The notes beneath the pieces are model-generated. The model searched no databases, was not told where the DNA came from, and saw nothing but the letters and a program-made list of their open reading frames with translations. Made by a program: the position numbers and the translations under genes. A stretch of 63,290 nucleotides of DNA, filler included, from Guillardia theta CCMP2712 (taxonomy: Eukaryota > Protista > Cryptophyta): NCBI RefSeq assembly GCF_000315625.1. It is 4 parts of 4 records of this genome, joined end to end, with 100 filler letters (N's around TTAATTAATTAA, not from the genome) between each part and the next. Parts side by side here need not be neighbours in the genome. Positions count along the whole stretch, not along the records: positions 26,294 to 53,949 come from NW_005434404.1; 3 more parts are not named here. One strand, 5' to 3'. This document shows positions 37,108 through 48,150 of the stretch, piece by piece (the first letter of the stretch is position 1; each line of letters starts with the position of its first letter).

Positions 37108-38478
37108 TTATCGCTCCCTACCGTCGCTTGGTTGCAAGAAAGTCCTCGCGTACGCCAGACGAGACTTGAGTTCGCCGTTAGTCAAGCACGAGTGCTTGAA
37201 GGGGGAGGTATGCCGGCACTGCTCCTTATCTGCCCACCCGTTCGCTTCCATTCTGTCGATGAAATGCGCTCCCATTGCACTGCTCGCGTACTGCTGTTTC
37301 ACATAGCTCTTGCTGGGCTCCTCGTCAACCTCGTGGTCTTTTCTCCCCTTGTCTGTGTGGATGTTGTCAGGCTGGAGGGGGGAGGAGCCGAGCAGCACGC
37401 CTGCTGTTTTAGCGACATCTGGGGACGTGTGTTGGTGCGCCATGGAGAGAATCTTGTGCGTTGTGAGGAGGAGCCGCTGCGCGAGTTCCATTTCAAGCTC
37501 GACGGCTCCTCCTCGCGAGGTGGTGGACAGGGAGGAGGACCCTTTGGAGCCTGTCCCGTCCTTCGTCAACCTGCAGCAAGCAACAGTGGAACCCCTCTGC
37601 TCACCAGCTGCAGGCGAAGAGCTCGGCGAGTCTGCTGAGACAAGCTTCACGTGCCCTCCTACCTCTCCCTCATCCCGCCGCTCGTTGTCCGTCCCTTGGC
37701 CTCTGCCCTTCGCATGCTGCTGAACGTCGCCAACCCTCATCACTGACTCCACGACTCGAAACTGTTGAGGAGCCTCGTTTCGCTTTCTTGCCTCCTCCTC
37801 ATGCTCGTCCTTGCCTTTCCTCTTCTCATCTCCCTCCACTAGCGTCTCCACTCTCTCTCCCTCCACTCGAGCCTCTTCCTGTGCATACGCTGCCTCAAGC
37901 CGACTTTGGTGGAAAAGAAGCAGAAGGTCGTCTTTGATGAACTGCAGGTCTTGCTCGATCTGGTGGAAGCTCTCAGCAAGCCGCATCCTCTCTTCTGACG
38001 GCCTTTCCTTTCTCAGCACATTCTCATCCTCATGTTCCCTCGTTGCATCCACAAGAGCAGGAGCAGGCGAGTGATTCACAGCCGTCATGCTCACTAGCTC
38101 TCTTACCTCATCCACCCGCACGTCGCCTCTCGCTCGGCTGGCATCCCCCACTCCTTGCCGATGATCTGGTTCCACCGCTTCCTTATTTTCTTCCGTCGCC
38201 TCCTTGTTTTCTTCCGTCGCCTCCTTGTTTTCTTCCATCGCCTCCTTGTTTTCTTCCGTCGCCTCCTTGTTTTCTTCCGTCGCCTCCTTGTTTTCTTCCG
38301 TCGCCTCCTTGTTTTCTTCCGTCGCCTCCTTGTTTTCTTCCGTCGCCTCCTTATTTTCTTTCGAGACTTCAGCAGATTCTTGAGCTCCGTCATCCTCATT
38401 CGGTGCGAGATCTGCCTCCTCTTCTGCATGCTCACCGGCCCCCGGCTCTTTCCCCGTATGAGCATGCTCTCCTTGCAT
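37108..38478 (-). CDS. Large acidic exon with 7-aa repeats (EENKEAT); probably part of a multi-exon gene extending to ~40.6 kb, function unknown
   Basis: 456-aa ORF; 21-nt repeats at 38180-38360; further spliced blocks at 38880-40100. Confidence 0.5.
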   Translation of the reverse strand: MQGEHAHTGKEPGAGEHAEEEADLAPNEDDGAQESAEVSKENKEATEENKEATEENKEATEENKEATEENKEATEENKEAMEENKEATEENKEATEENKEAVEPDHRQGVGDASRARGDVRVDEVRELVSMTAVNHSPAPALVDATREHEDENVLRKERPSEERMRLAESFHQIEQDLQFIKDDLLLLFHQSRLEAAYAQEEARVEGERVETLVEGDEKRKGKDEHEEEARKRNEAPQQFRVVESVMRVGDVQQHAKGRGQGTDNERRDEGEVGGHVKLVSADSPSSSPAAGEQRGSTVACCRLTKDGTGSKGSSSLSTTSRGGAVELEMELAQRLLLTTHKILSMAHQHTSPDVAKTAGVLLGSSPLQPDNIHTDKGRKDHEVDEEPSKSYVKQQYASSAMGAHFIDRMEANGWADKEQCRHTSPFKHSCLTNGELKSRLAYARTFLQPSDGRER

Positions 38479-41033
38479 GATGTCCTCCAGCGGCAGTTGA
38501 TAGAGGGAGTCTTCGATCGGCCCGATGATTTCCTGCAGTACCAGCGCTTACAAGTTAGGGAAACGCCATCAAAAAGACAAGTTTTGAAAGCACAAATGCG
38601 GCGTAAAAAAACCATCAAAAGGACAAGTTTTGAAAGCGCGTAAATGCCTTGCAGGATAATGGGAGGTGTGAGGAATTTTACAAAGGGTACGGACAATGGA
38701 AATGTGAGTGAGTGAGTGAGTGAGTGAGTGAGTGAGTGAGGGATGGAGGGAGGGAGAGAGAGGTGGAGGGAGGGATTGGTGGGTGGGGAGAGGGAGAGAG
38801 GGGGGAAGGGAGGGATGCATGGATTAAGGGAGGGAGAGGGAGGGGGAGGGGGAGGAGGGAGGGAGGGAGGGAAGAAGAACAACCTTGAAGGCCTCTGGAG
38901 AAGCTTCGAGGCAGCCACTAATGAGGAGCCCTCGAGTCAACTCAAACCTCATGTCCTGATCGAAGATCGCGATGAGAACCTGCAGCTGGTCATCAGCTTC
39001 CTCCCTTGCCGGCTCTGATCCTCACCTGTACATCATATCCATTCACGTCCTGCCCAAACAGGCGAACACACGGAGTGCCCTGTGCACGCATCAACTTTGC
39101 GGGTACCCCTTAGCTCGGTCACAACACCTGGAGGGGAGAGTTGGAGGTCACCAGAGGAAAGGAGCGGTTGGTAATCACACGAATAGCTTGCCCAATGTGC
39201 AGACTGGCAGTCAGTCAGCGACAGCCACAACGGTCTCATGCAAGCAGCTCACAATGTCTGCCGTAGCGCCGCTCGCCCCCTCTCCGGCGAGACTACAGGA
39301 AGCCCCTGCAGCAAGATTTTGAGGGATGGAGAGACAAGCCAGAGGCACAAGGAGCAAGACATGAACAAGAACAAGAGGATCAGGACAGATGAAATCTCTA
39401 CCCGTGCTGCAAGACCAGCTTTGAGCCTCTCAAGACTCTCGTCGTCGACCTGCATGGAGCGATGATGCCGAGGCAGGCTCGAGGAATGACGCTGACCTGC
39501 ATCACGTAGTCGCGCGAGTGGCAGAGGAAACGACAGCAGTTGAGTCGGAAGATGACGAAGTTCTGTTCTTTCCTCTCCTCCATCTCCTCCTGAGTTGGGT
39601 CAGTCTCGTCGCCCTTGCTCGTCGCTCTGCTTCTCACCTGGCACTCCACGTGCCCATCCTCTTCTCGCCTGCTCAGACTTTCAGATTGATGGCCCCCACC
39701 AAGCAAGGCGACCTGACGCCTTCGATGGCAAGAAGACCCGCGCATGAGTCGAGGGTGATGCAAAGCTCGTGCCACGTCTCGCAGGCGATTCTTGCAGCAG
39801 CCGTCGTCTTGTCTGCATGGGTTTGTCACAAGAGCCGTCCGAGCGGCAGGGGCTTACTCGGTGGAGGGAAACCACATTCAGCCTTGAAGTGCAAGAAGCC
39901 GGATCCTCGTCTCCTGTGTGAAAGTCTGTAGGGCTGCGAACCTTGGCTTGCAGGCTGTCGGAGAGACGCAGGTGCAAGAGTTCGTTGTCCTTCTCTGACC
40001 TCTCGGATTCGCTCATTTTCCTGAGGTTTGAAGGGAAAGTTATCAACCCCGCCATCTAGGTTCTCTTCGTCACCTCTCCAAGAGACTCGAGCTGGGCAGC
40101 TGCCGACTGCTCTGCTATGACGAATGAATAAAGAATGCTCATGCCCACACGCCAGAGCTTGGCAAGCTGCAATCACGAGGCTGCACTCGGATGCCCAGGG
40201 CGACCATGATGTGACGGCATGTCCATGCTCTAAGTGACGTCCGATCAGCAGATTCCTTAAGTTGCGTGGGAACAGCGCCAGGTACGTTGGACCAGCGTGA
40301 AGCACTCTGTTCGTCAATGAACCTGACGCTTTTGTGTCAGTGTTCGTCAATAAACCTGACGCTTTTTTGTCAGTCCATTGCATCCAGATTTACAGCATGC
40401 GGTTCAGAGGTATTTGAGGATAAGAAAAAACTATCTTTAGTTGATGTTGTATCCAAGGGCGTTTCAGGCAACTTGTATTCGAAGTTCCAACTCATCATCA
40501 AATCCGGAGTTTTCTCTGTAACTGACAACACTTCCACTTGTATCTCTCAAATCTATTCTCGAATCCTCCCGATCGGTCCCCTACAACAATATCCTCCCTT
40601 TCAATGAATCTGTCTGCCGTCATATCCACCATGTTCTTGTTTCTATGTGGCTCAATTTTCCTGCCTTACTTTGGCTATCATATATATTAGGATAGAAACC
40701 AGCTTAATTATCGATATCGCATCTTAAAACTCCTTTGCTGTCCTTCTGCTGATTTTTTTTGTTTTCTCGCACGCTTGATCACTCTGTATCCTTGGTCGCT
40801 TTGCCCCTCGTCATATTTCTCTGGAACTACAACATTCCCTTCGACCTTCAATGTCTCGGTTTCCCACTTACATCACTCTTCATCATTGGACTTCACTGTA
40901 TTTTGGAGTCCAGAAACATCTTGTCGCACAGTGCCTAACCAACCCGCCCTCCCTTCCATTCAAACACCATCCTCACCCTGAGCAACTTTCCAATTTCACC
41001 TTCTCTTGCCTCGGCCGATCCCTCATTGAAATG

Positions 41034-41080
<47 letters not shown>

Positions 41081-41630
41081 CCTCATTGAAATGCTTCTCT
41101 CTCTCTCTCATTCCTCAATTTCTGATCTTATTGGTTTTGCAGTCACCTGAACCATCAATCCTTCGGTTTCTGATAATTAGCTATCCTTAACTTCCTCGCA
41201 TCTCTTCTCTTCTTTTGCATCTTTCTCTTCCTTGACTTCATTGATGTTCTCTACCATCTCCTCCTTCTCGGTCGCTGCGGTTCCATGTCTTTCCTCTCCT
41301 CTCGCCTGCATGCTCGCACCGCTCGTTCGAGTTGGGATCGTCAAAGAACCGGAGGGTGGGGTTATATTAAACGCTACTTCCTTGGTAGGTGGGTAGGATC
41401 TCTAAAGGCTGGGGTAGTCAAATATGAGATAGGGGGTATTCATGCTAGGCAGCCAGGGGTACTTCATTACATGTAGGGGTGGGTTTACTAAAGGTGCGCC
41501 ATGAACCGTCGCGGTTTTCATTCGGCCCGACCAGACTCTTCAAGTAGTTTTACTTAAACTTGCTTAACTGATAACTTCAGTTAATTGTGGGAAAAAAAGG
41601 ATCGGATGATCACTACTGACTCACCGGCGG

Positions 41631-41667
41631 AGGGTTTAGGGTCTTGACTAAGAGTCTAATAAACTCA

Positions 41668-41707
<40 letters not shown>

Positions 41708-41728
41708 GGGTTTAGGGTTTAGGGTTAG
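41631..41728 (+). mobile_element. Severely 5'-truncated retroelement stub (41643-41706) between TTTAGGG repeats
   Basis: AGGGTTTAGGGT|CTTGACTAAGAGTCTAATAAACTCA(AAT)n|AGGGTTTAGGGTTTAGGG; the same CTAATAAACTCA+(TAA)n end occurs at 44911-44945. Confidence 0.7.
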
Positions 41729-41783
41729 CCGGGCCCGGCCGCGGAGGCCGGGCGGCGGCACCGGCGGCTCAGACCGGAGGACT

Positions 41784-42475
41784 ATGGAACATCCGATCAT
41801 AACCTTTTCCAAAGGTTTAGCCCATATACTTCAAACAGCTTTCCGACTAAGCCTAGTATGGTTCTTCAGTATGATGAAAGTTCGCAACTTGCAACATGCT
41901 GTATTGGAGATCATGCCAATACGACCTCGTCGAGAGGGTGAAGAGGCCTTCGCGAAGCGTTTTCCTAACAGTAGGACAGCTCAGCTGGCAGGCTTGCAAG
42001 CCCCCGCGGCTGTGGAGGGATGCACCCCCGACGCTATGACTCATCGCAGAACTGAGCCATCCGCTCGACATGTACGGCCCGGTCAGCAGGCACGACGTCA
42101 TCTGCATGACTCTCCTCGGACTGATCGTACACTCAGTGCAAGAGAGTAAAGCAATCATGTGGAAGGCTCCGTATAGATCCGAGATAGCGAGTGCTGATGA
42201 GATCCCGGTGACCGTACTGTTTCCTTCCTCCGCAATGCACAAGCGGAGAAGCTCTGGCAGGGAAGAGAGGACTTCACGATCGATGGTCGCAAGTTCACAG
42301 ATGTACATGTGAGCATCGTGCACGATCGATCTTTCAAGATTCGAGCCAAGAGAGGACGACAGCAGAGATTGCTGACGTCTACCGCTATCAGCTGCTGCGC
42401 ATGCCAGGCTGGTCGCTGGGCCAGGGGGCCAGCAAGATCTGGAGACAGAGGGAGGTCGAGTGGATCGTCTCCTCG
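41784..42475 (+). pseudogene. Frameshifted and internally deleted N-terminal half of retroelement ORF1
   Basis: AFAKRFPNSRTA ~ EFARQNPKSRTS; GLIVHSVQESKAIMWKAPYRSEIASADEIP ~ GLIVDQTQDSRSLIFKAPLKPDLVQAAEIP; AEKLWQG ~ AEKLWKG; REVEWI ~ REVDWI. Confidence 0.8.
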
Positions 42476-42546
42476 AGGGTTTAGGGTTTAGGGTTCAGGG
42501 TTTAGGGTTAGGGTTTAGGGTTAGGGTTTAGGGTTTAGGGTTTAGG
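42476..42546 (+). repeat. Interstitial telomeric tract (TTTAGGG with TTAGGG/TTCAGGG variants), followed by 21-bp x3 (CGCCGTTATTTTCGGCAGCAG)
   Basis: Direct. Confidence 0.95.
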
Positions 42547-42890
42547 CGCCGTTATTTTCGGCAGCAGCGCCGTTATTTTCGGCAGCAGCGCCGTTATTTC
42601 AGTTTTGGCAGCATGGCTCCTCGCCAGGTGTAGGGGAAGCCCATGCCGTTCACGGTTCACAAACCCATATGCAGCCCCTAGCAAATCTGGTCTTTTTTTT
42701 TTTTTTTTTTCTACTTTTTTTGGGGTTCACATGGGGTCCGTATACACACTCCCTGTTGACTACCCCCTGTTTTCACCGGCCGGATCAAAGGGGGGGGGGG
42801 GGGGGGGGTAGAGAGACTGGACATAAGCGGGGTGGGATGATTTGAATTCCTCTGGCGTGGAACCCTTCCCCCGCCTTGGACGGTTTTAGA

Positions 42891-42996
42891 GGTTTAGGGT
42901 TTAGGAGGCCGCCGGACTCAAAAACAGGCCGCCGGACTCAAAAACAGGCCGCCGAACTCAAAAACAGGCCGCCGGACTCAAAAGCAGGCCGCCGGA
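42891..42996 (+). repeat. Short telomeric tract followed by 20-bp x~4.5 (AGGCCGCCGGACTCAAAAAC)
   Basis: Direct. Confidence 0.9.
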
Positions 42997-43341
42997 CACT
43001 CCATCCAGCCCATGCCGTTCACAAGGCCATATGCAGGCTCTAGCAAAATTGGTCTTTTTTTTTCTCCTTGGGAAGGGGTTCATATATACACTTCCATTCA
43101 GCTACCCCGGTTTTTGCTCTCTTACTGGGGGGTAGTGAGACAGGGATAAAGTAGGGTGGGGTGATTTGAATTATACTGGCGTGGTACCCTGTCCCCCCGG
43201 CCTTACTTTTTGAAGCACTTCATTTTAATTGTTTAGTCAGCGCTTCAATCATACACATGTACGGATGAAGTGCCTCTGGTACAGTCTGTACTATTCTTTT
43301 AAAGTGGTTTCGACAGGCGTCTCGAATCAGCCTCCACCCTA

Positions 43342-44523
43342 GTGACTTCCTTTGTCTGGAGGGGTAGAGGACCGAAAGATTCTCTCATACCCGTGCATTT
43401 CACTGTATCACGGTACGTGGGGGTGCTAATGGAAAAGAAGGCATTTCGATTGCCGTTGGAGCTCACCACGCCAATACCGAAGGCATCAAGGATGCAGAAG
43501 AAGGCAGGCGGCAAGGACGGCAAGGAGATCAAGATCATCATCAAGTCGACGGCGGCATCTGGTCGCTTCACGAGGAAGGAGATGGAGGGGCTGTGCAACG
43601 GCGGCAACACGTCTATCGCAAGAGTCAAGAGAGTCTTGTTGGAGATCGCTAACAGGCTCGAGATCAACGTTGAAGGCATCGACATGGAGGAGGATTTGAA
43701 CACCAAGTCCTGGAACGGGTCCAAGCTATGCATCCTCCTCGGCTCCACGGAGGATGCTCGACGCATGATGAAGGAGCTGCCCTTCTATCTCGAAGGCGCA
43801 GCAACCAAGCTCGAAGCAGTCGGCTTCGACAAGGAGCCTGACTCTGAGGCGGCTGGTCAGCGGGGCACCAGCGACGCAGCGCAGCGACAGGAGGAGAGCG
43901 AGGGAGAGTGGCTGGAGTTTACAGACCTGGAGAGGATCACAATGGAGGCAGCATCTCCGTCAAGCCAAGAGGACATGCAGCTCGTCAGCGAGCTGTCAGC
44001 AGTCATCGAAGATGCAGCTTCTTTGAACGAGGCAGGGACGAGCGAGCCGATCAAGCTGGTCCTGGACAAGGCCGTTGGCAACCTCCACGACACCTTCTAC
44101 TCTCCGGGGAGCCTGGAGTTCATGTCGCTGGGAGAGTGGGCGAAGATGCCAGAGGAGCAGGGAGTTGGGCGCAACGCGCTCAAGGAGAAGCTGGGGAAGT
44201 GGCTGCAGAGCAAGCGCTGGACTCGCGTGCAAGGAGAGAGCAAGAAGGCAAGGAGGGGCAGCGCGTTCTCGCCACGGGCAACGGCAGCTGCTGAGCTTGA
44301 GCAGGAGGCGGAGAGCGACGACATAGAGCGTCGATCTCTTAGCCTCCTGTTCATAGCACTGAGTAAATTCGCAGAGATGCATGTGCTGGCCTGCTCGCTG
44401 AAGGTGGACAAGAAGGACCGACTGCGAGTGGAGATGAGGGAAGATGGCGAAGAAGAGGAAGACATGGAGGAAGAGCAAGGCGAGGGCGAGGAAGAAGACG
44501 GGGCGAGCCCGTACCGAGCTTGA
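43342..44523 (+). CDS. Open C-terminal half of the retroelement ORF1 homolog (first ATG 43429)
   Basis: SGRFTRKEMEGLC ~ SGKFSRNEIEKIC; WNGS..ARRMMKELP ~ WDGS..ARKMMAEFP; SPGSLEFMSLGEWA ~ SPGNASFPTLQEWA; KARRGSAF..LLFIAL ~ KARKNSAF..LLFIAL. Confidence 0.8.
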   Translation: MTSFVWRGRGPKDSLIPVHFTVSRYVGVLMEKKAFRLPLELTTPIPKASRMQKKAGGKDGKEIKIIIKSTAASGRFTRKEMEGLCNGGNTSIARVKRVLLEIANRLEINVEGIDMEEDLNTKSWNGSKLCILLGSTEDARRMMKELPFYLEGAATKLEAVGFDKEPDSEAAGQRGTSDAAQRQEESEGEWLEFTDLERITMEAASPSSQEDMQLVSELSAVIEDAASLNEAGTSEPIKLVLDKAVGNLHDTFYSPGSLEFMSLGEWAKMPEEQGVGRNALKEKLGKWLQSKRWTRVQGESKKARRGSAFSPRATAAAELEQEAESDDIERRSLSLLFIALSKFAEMHVLACSLKVDKKDRLRVEMREDGEEEEDMEEEQGEGEEEDGASPYRA

Positions 44524-44544
44524 GCTGAGCCCAAGGTAAGGAGA

Positions 44545-44762
44545 GAAGGTAGGAGGCGACCGAAGGCCAAGGTGAGGAGAGGCAACTCTCCTGACTGAAG
44601 CTGAGGAAGCTGAATGGAGGACGAGTAGGTGGCGACCGAAGGCCAAGGTGAGGAGAGGCAACTCTCCTGACTGAGGCTGAGGAAGCTGAATGGAGGTAGA
44701 GTAGGTGGTGACCGAAGGCCAAGGTGAGGAGAGGCAACTCTCCTGACTGAGGCTGAGGAAGC
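44545..44762 (+). repeat. 76-bp tandem repeat x~2.8 in the 3' UTR, each copy with an AGGAGAG-GCAA-CTCTCCT hairpin
   Basis: Period 76 (44555, 44631, 44707). Confidence 0.85.
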
Positions 44763-44945
44763 CAAGAGAAGACAGCAGAAGTAGAGAGTAGAAAGACGCC
44801 TCAGAAGCAGGGTTCGCATTGTAGGCCGTGTACTCCCAGTGCTCGAGCGCCTCATTAGACTAGGATCAAATTGCAAAAGCCCACAACGAGGCCGAGCAAC
44901 ATTCTAGCATTCTAATAAACTCACATAATAATAATAATAATAAAT

Positions 44946-44987
44946 AGGGTTTAGGGTTTAGGGTTTAGGGTTTAGGGTTTAGGGTTT
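44946..44987 (+). repeat. (AGGGTTT)6 telomeric tract between two retroelements
   Basis: Direct. Confidence 0.97.
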
Positions 44988-45188
44988 AGAGGATCCCTTT
45001 ATCTGAGGCATGCAGAGGATCCCTTTATCTGAGGCATGCAGAGGATCCCTTTATCTGAGGCATGCAGAGGATCCCTTTATCTGAGGCATGCAGAGGATCC
45101 CTTTATCTGAGGCATGCAGATCAGCGGGGTCCCTGCGTGGTAGAGCAAGAGTCGCCAGGAACGCAGGAAGCTCGGGAAACCATCGAGA

Positions 45189-47306
45189 ATGCTTCGAAAC
45201 ATGTGGCCAATATCTATTGTGAACCCTGACGAGATCGTGCAGTACCGTACCTCCAGCTACCTCAAGAGGCAGACGGAAGCTGCCACGATGCCGTCATCAG
45301 CCGAACTGATGCGGAGACTGGATGAATTCGCAAGGCAGAACCCCAAAAGCAGGACGAGCAAAGCTCTGAAAGCCAAAGAAATATCCTTGGAAGCCTTAGC
45401 CGAAGCCATCAGTCAGACATGCAGCTTTGCTGAACCCTCGTCACTGGAGAGTGGGGTGACGATGTCAGGCAGTGGTACCTGTCAGAGTTCCAAGCTGACA
45501 GACAAAGGCAGATGGAGGCCAGATCATATGAGGCCAGATCATATGATGACCAGGGCACAAGTGTGCAGACGATTACCATGAAGGTACTTTTCCAGACAGG
45601 TGGAAAACTTATGCCTCAAGCTTGAAGAGCAAGGCTTGATCGTCGATCAGACGCAAGACAGCAGGAGCCTGATCTTCAAGGCTCCCTTGAAGCCTGACCT
45701 TGTGCAGGCAGCGGAGATCCCAGCAGTGATCACATTTGTCCGCAATGAGGCGGCTGAGAAACTCTGGAAAGGAGAAGGTACCTTCAAGGTGGCAGGCAGG
45801 AGGATCCTAGCAGTGAACCCAGCAGCCAACCCACCGATCTCGTTCAAGATGCGGCCAAAGAAGGAGAACATGGGCAGAGTTGGAATCCTAGCTGAGGTGG
45901 CCCAACTCCTGATGCTCAACGATTCGAGCACAGGTGACATATGTGAGATCTACAGGCAACTATGCCTGAAGCAGGGATTAGCGATCATTGATCTGATCCC
46001 AAACGCGGGAATGACAGTGAACCTCCCCCCCAAGAGGAACCTACCGCCAAAGAAGGTGTTCGCTGCGGTAGGAATAGAAACAGTCAACCAGAACAGAGAG
46101 GTCGACTGGATCGCAACGTGCTCGAGCCTTGAAGCAGCGGACATCGTTCTTCAAGCATTTGATCGACATGGAAAGGATCGTGCAGGAGTCACTTTGGGAC
46201 TGGTCTCAGAGAATGACAAAATACTGAAATGGTTCTCAGTGCAGATGGAAGCAACGGCGCTGCACAAGAATATGAAGAATGCGGTGCGACAAGAGGGCAC
46301 GGCAATGGCAACGGGAGCAGAGATGCTGTACTCGGTACAAATCTCCTCTCCTGTGCCGTCAGGGAAGTTCTCCCGAAATGAGATTGAAAAAATCTGCGCA
46401 AGTGATGAAACGGGCAGAGCAAAAGTCATCCGAAACATTCGGAGGGCTGTCGCTTGCTTTGATCCACAGGTGGAAAAAGATCTCCAACGGATCCACCTCC
46501 AATGCGATCCAGAAACAGGGATCTGGGATGGGTCTGGTATCATTCTCCGGCTACGCAGTGAAAGTAGTGCAAGAAAGATGATGGCTGAATTCCCCACACA
46601 GCTCCTCTGCTGGCAAGGCACAGTTGAAATCCAAACGACAGCGAGCAGTCTGAACCTCCAAGTGTCGCCTCAGGCAACTCGCGATCAGTCTAACCCTGAG
46701 GCCAGGTCACAAACGACGGGGACCAGAGCAGAAGGAACTGTGTGGAAAGAGATCGAGCTCAGTTCCATTATCAATGAAATAAACCTCCCAGATGCGGGAA
46801 CGGACGTGGTCGTCGTAGAACTTAAGGAAGCAATTGCTGACGTAACTAGGAGCGAGCTGCAACAGCAAGGGCAGCTTCAACTCCATCTTGATGACGCGGT
46901 GCAAGAGATGGCTCCGGAGAGCCCAGGAAATGCATCCTTCCCCACGCTACAAGAGTGGGCTGATAAGGGGGCCAACGCGGCAGAGAATGCCGTGAGCAAG
47001 CGACTGCGTGAACGAGTCAGGGTGATTGCAGGCAAACATACGTGGAAGGTAGCGAAACGCAAGGCTCGGAAGAACAGCGCTTTCGCACCAAATGAAGAGA
47101 AGCCATTGAAAACTGATCTCCTCTTCATTGCTTTGACGGCGCTCTCCCTCGTAGGAATGCTGGGAGATAGAAACGAATTGAAATTTGTTTTGAGCAGTGA
47201 GCTACAGATGAAAGACGCTCGAATGGAAGATGTACCCGAGGCTGGGAGCATGGCGGCAGAATCGGAAGAGATGTCGCTTGACTCCTTCCCAGCAGCGCAA
47301 GCCTAA
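45189..47306 (+). CDS. Retroelement ORF1 (~705 codons, one in-frame TGA at 45579-45581); no CCHC knuckle seen
   Basis: ORFs 45189-45581 and 45600-47306 are in the same frame; both parts match the upstream paralog. Confidence 0.8.
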
Positions 47307-48150
47307 TGGAAGCAGGAGGAGGAGGAGGAGTTGAGGGCAGGTGGGACAGTGGGCACCAGGGCGTGGTGGAATCAAGCAGAAAGAGACAAGAAGGTGAGAA
47401 AAACAATGACAAGAAAAAAACAGAAAAAAACAGAAAAATACAAACATTCGACTTGATAGGGGAGATCCCCTGGAGTCTACGGGAAAACAATAGAGAGTAC
47501 GGAGCAGCGGCGCTGCTCAACTCAGGAGAAGATGGATTTCTCTCTGAGGACGTTATGGAGGCATTAATCGTTGAGGTAAACCGAAATTTAGAACCAGCGG
47601 AAGACAGATTTCAAATAGCATGGCTCCAAGGCACGAGGTATGCCAGCGAGCAAACTAGAAACCAATTTGGGCTGCAGAGAGGGACCATTGTTCTCCCGAG
47701 AATAGTAGCGGGTTTGAGAGATCAGGAGGGAAGGGCACGGAGAGCAAAACGACTGCTAGCCGGGGCAGCTCAACCATTCTTATTCCCTTGCGTAGAGAAC
47801 GGCAATCATTGGATCCTAATCGTGGCAGATGTTAACACAAAAAGCATACACATCGTCGACTCGCTTAGCACGGCCCTTGAGAGAGACCTGGGGACAGTCA
47901 GAAGCCAAAGGGAGGCACAGTTTCAATTGGGGGGCGCACAGCGAATGGACCTAGCATCACTCATGGCGACGATTATCACCGAGGCAATTAGCGATCAACA
48001 AGAACACTGTGACGACACGGCATGGAGGGCATGTGTGTCAACTGGGCTGCAACAAACAGACGGCTACAATTGTGGAATTTTCGTTTTGCTGCATCTGCTG
48101 CTGATCGCAAAGACACGAAGGAAAACACATCAACACAGGGAGGCAACAAG
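47306..48150 (+). CDS. ORF2 N-terminal Ulp1-like (peptidase C48, SUMO/Ubl) cysteine protease
   Basis: FLFPCVENGNHWILIVAD..IHIVDSL..QQTDGYNCGIFVL: His-Asp-Cys triad plus oxyanion Gln. Confidence 0.88.

Larger units (their letters stand above)
41729..44945 (+). mobile_element. Non-autonomous ORF1-only non-LTR element, degenerate and split by an insert at 42476-43346
   Basis: 41784-42475 is homologous to the N-half and 43350-44523 to the C-half of ORF1 at 45189-47306. No RT follows; the 3' UTR ends in CTAATAAACTCACA(TAA)n then AGGGTTT. Confidence 0.75.

Noticed and set aside
44585-44760. Hammerhead ribozyme suggested by CTGACTGA
   Set aside because: Does not fit CUGANGA, and no GAAA core partner is present
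41631-44987. A true chromosome end
   Set aside because: Tracts are short and ordinary genes lie on both sides, although the right side is joined across a gap
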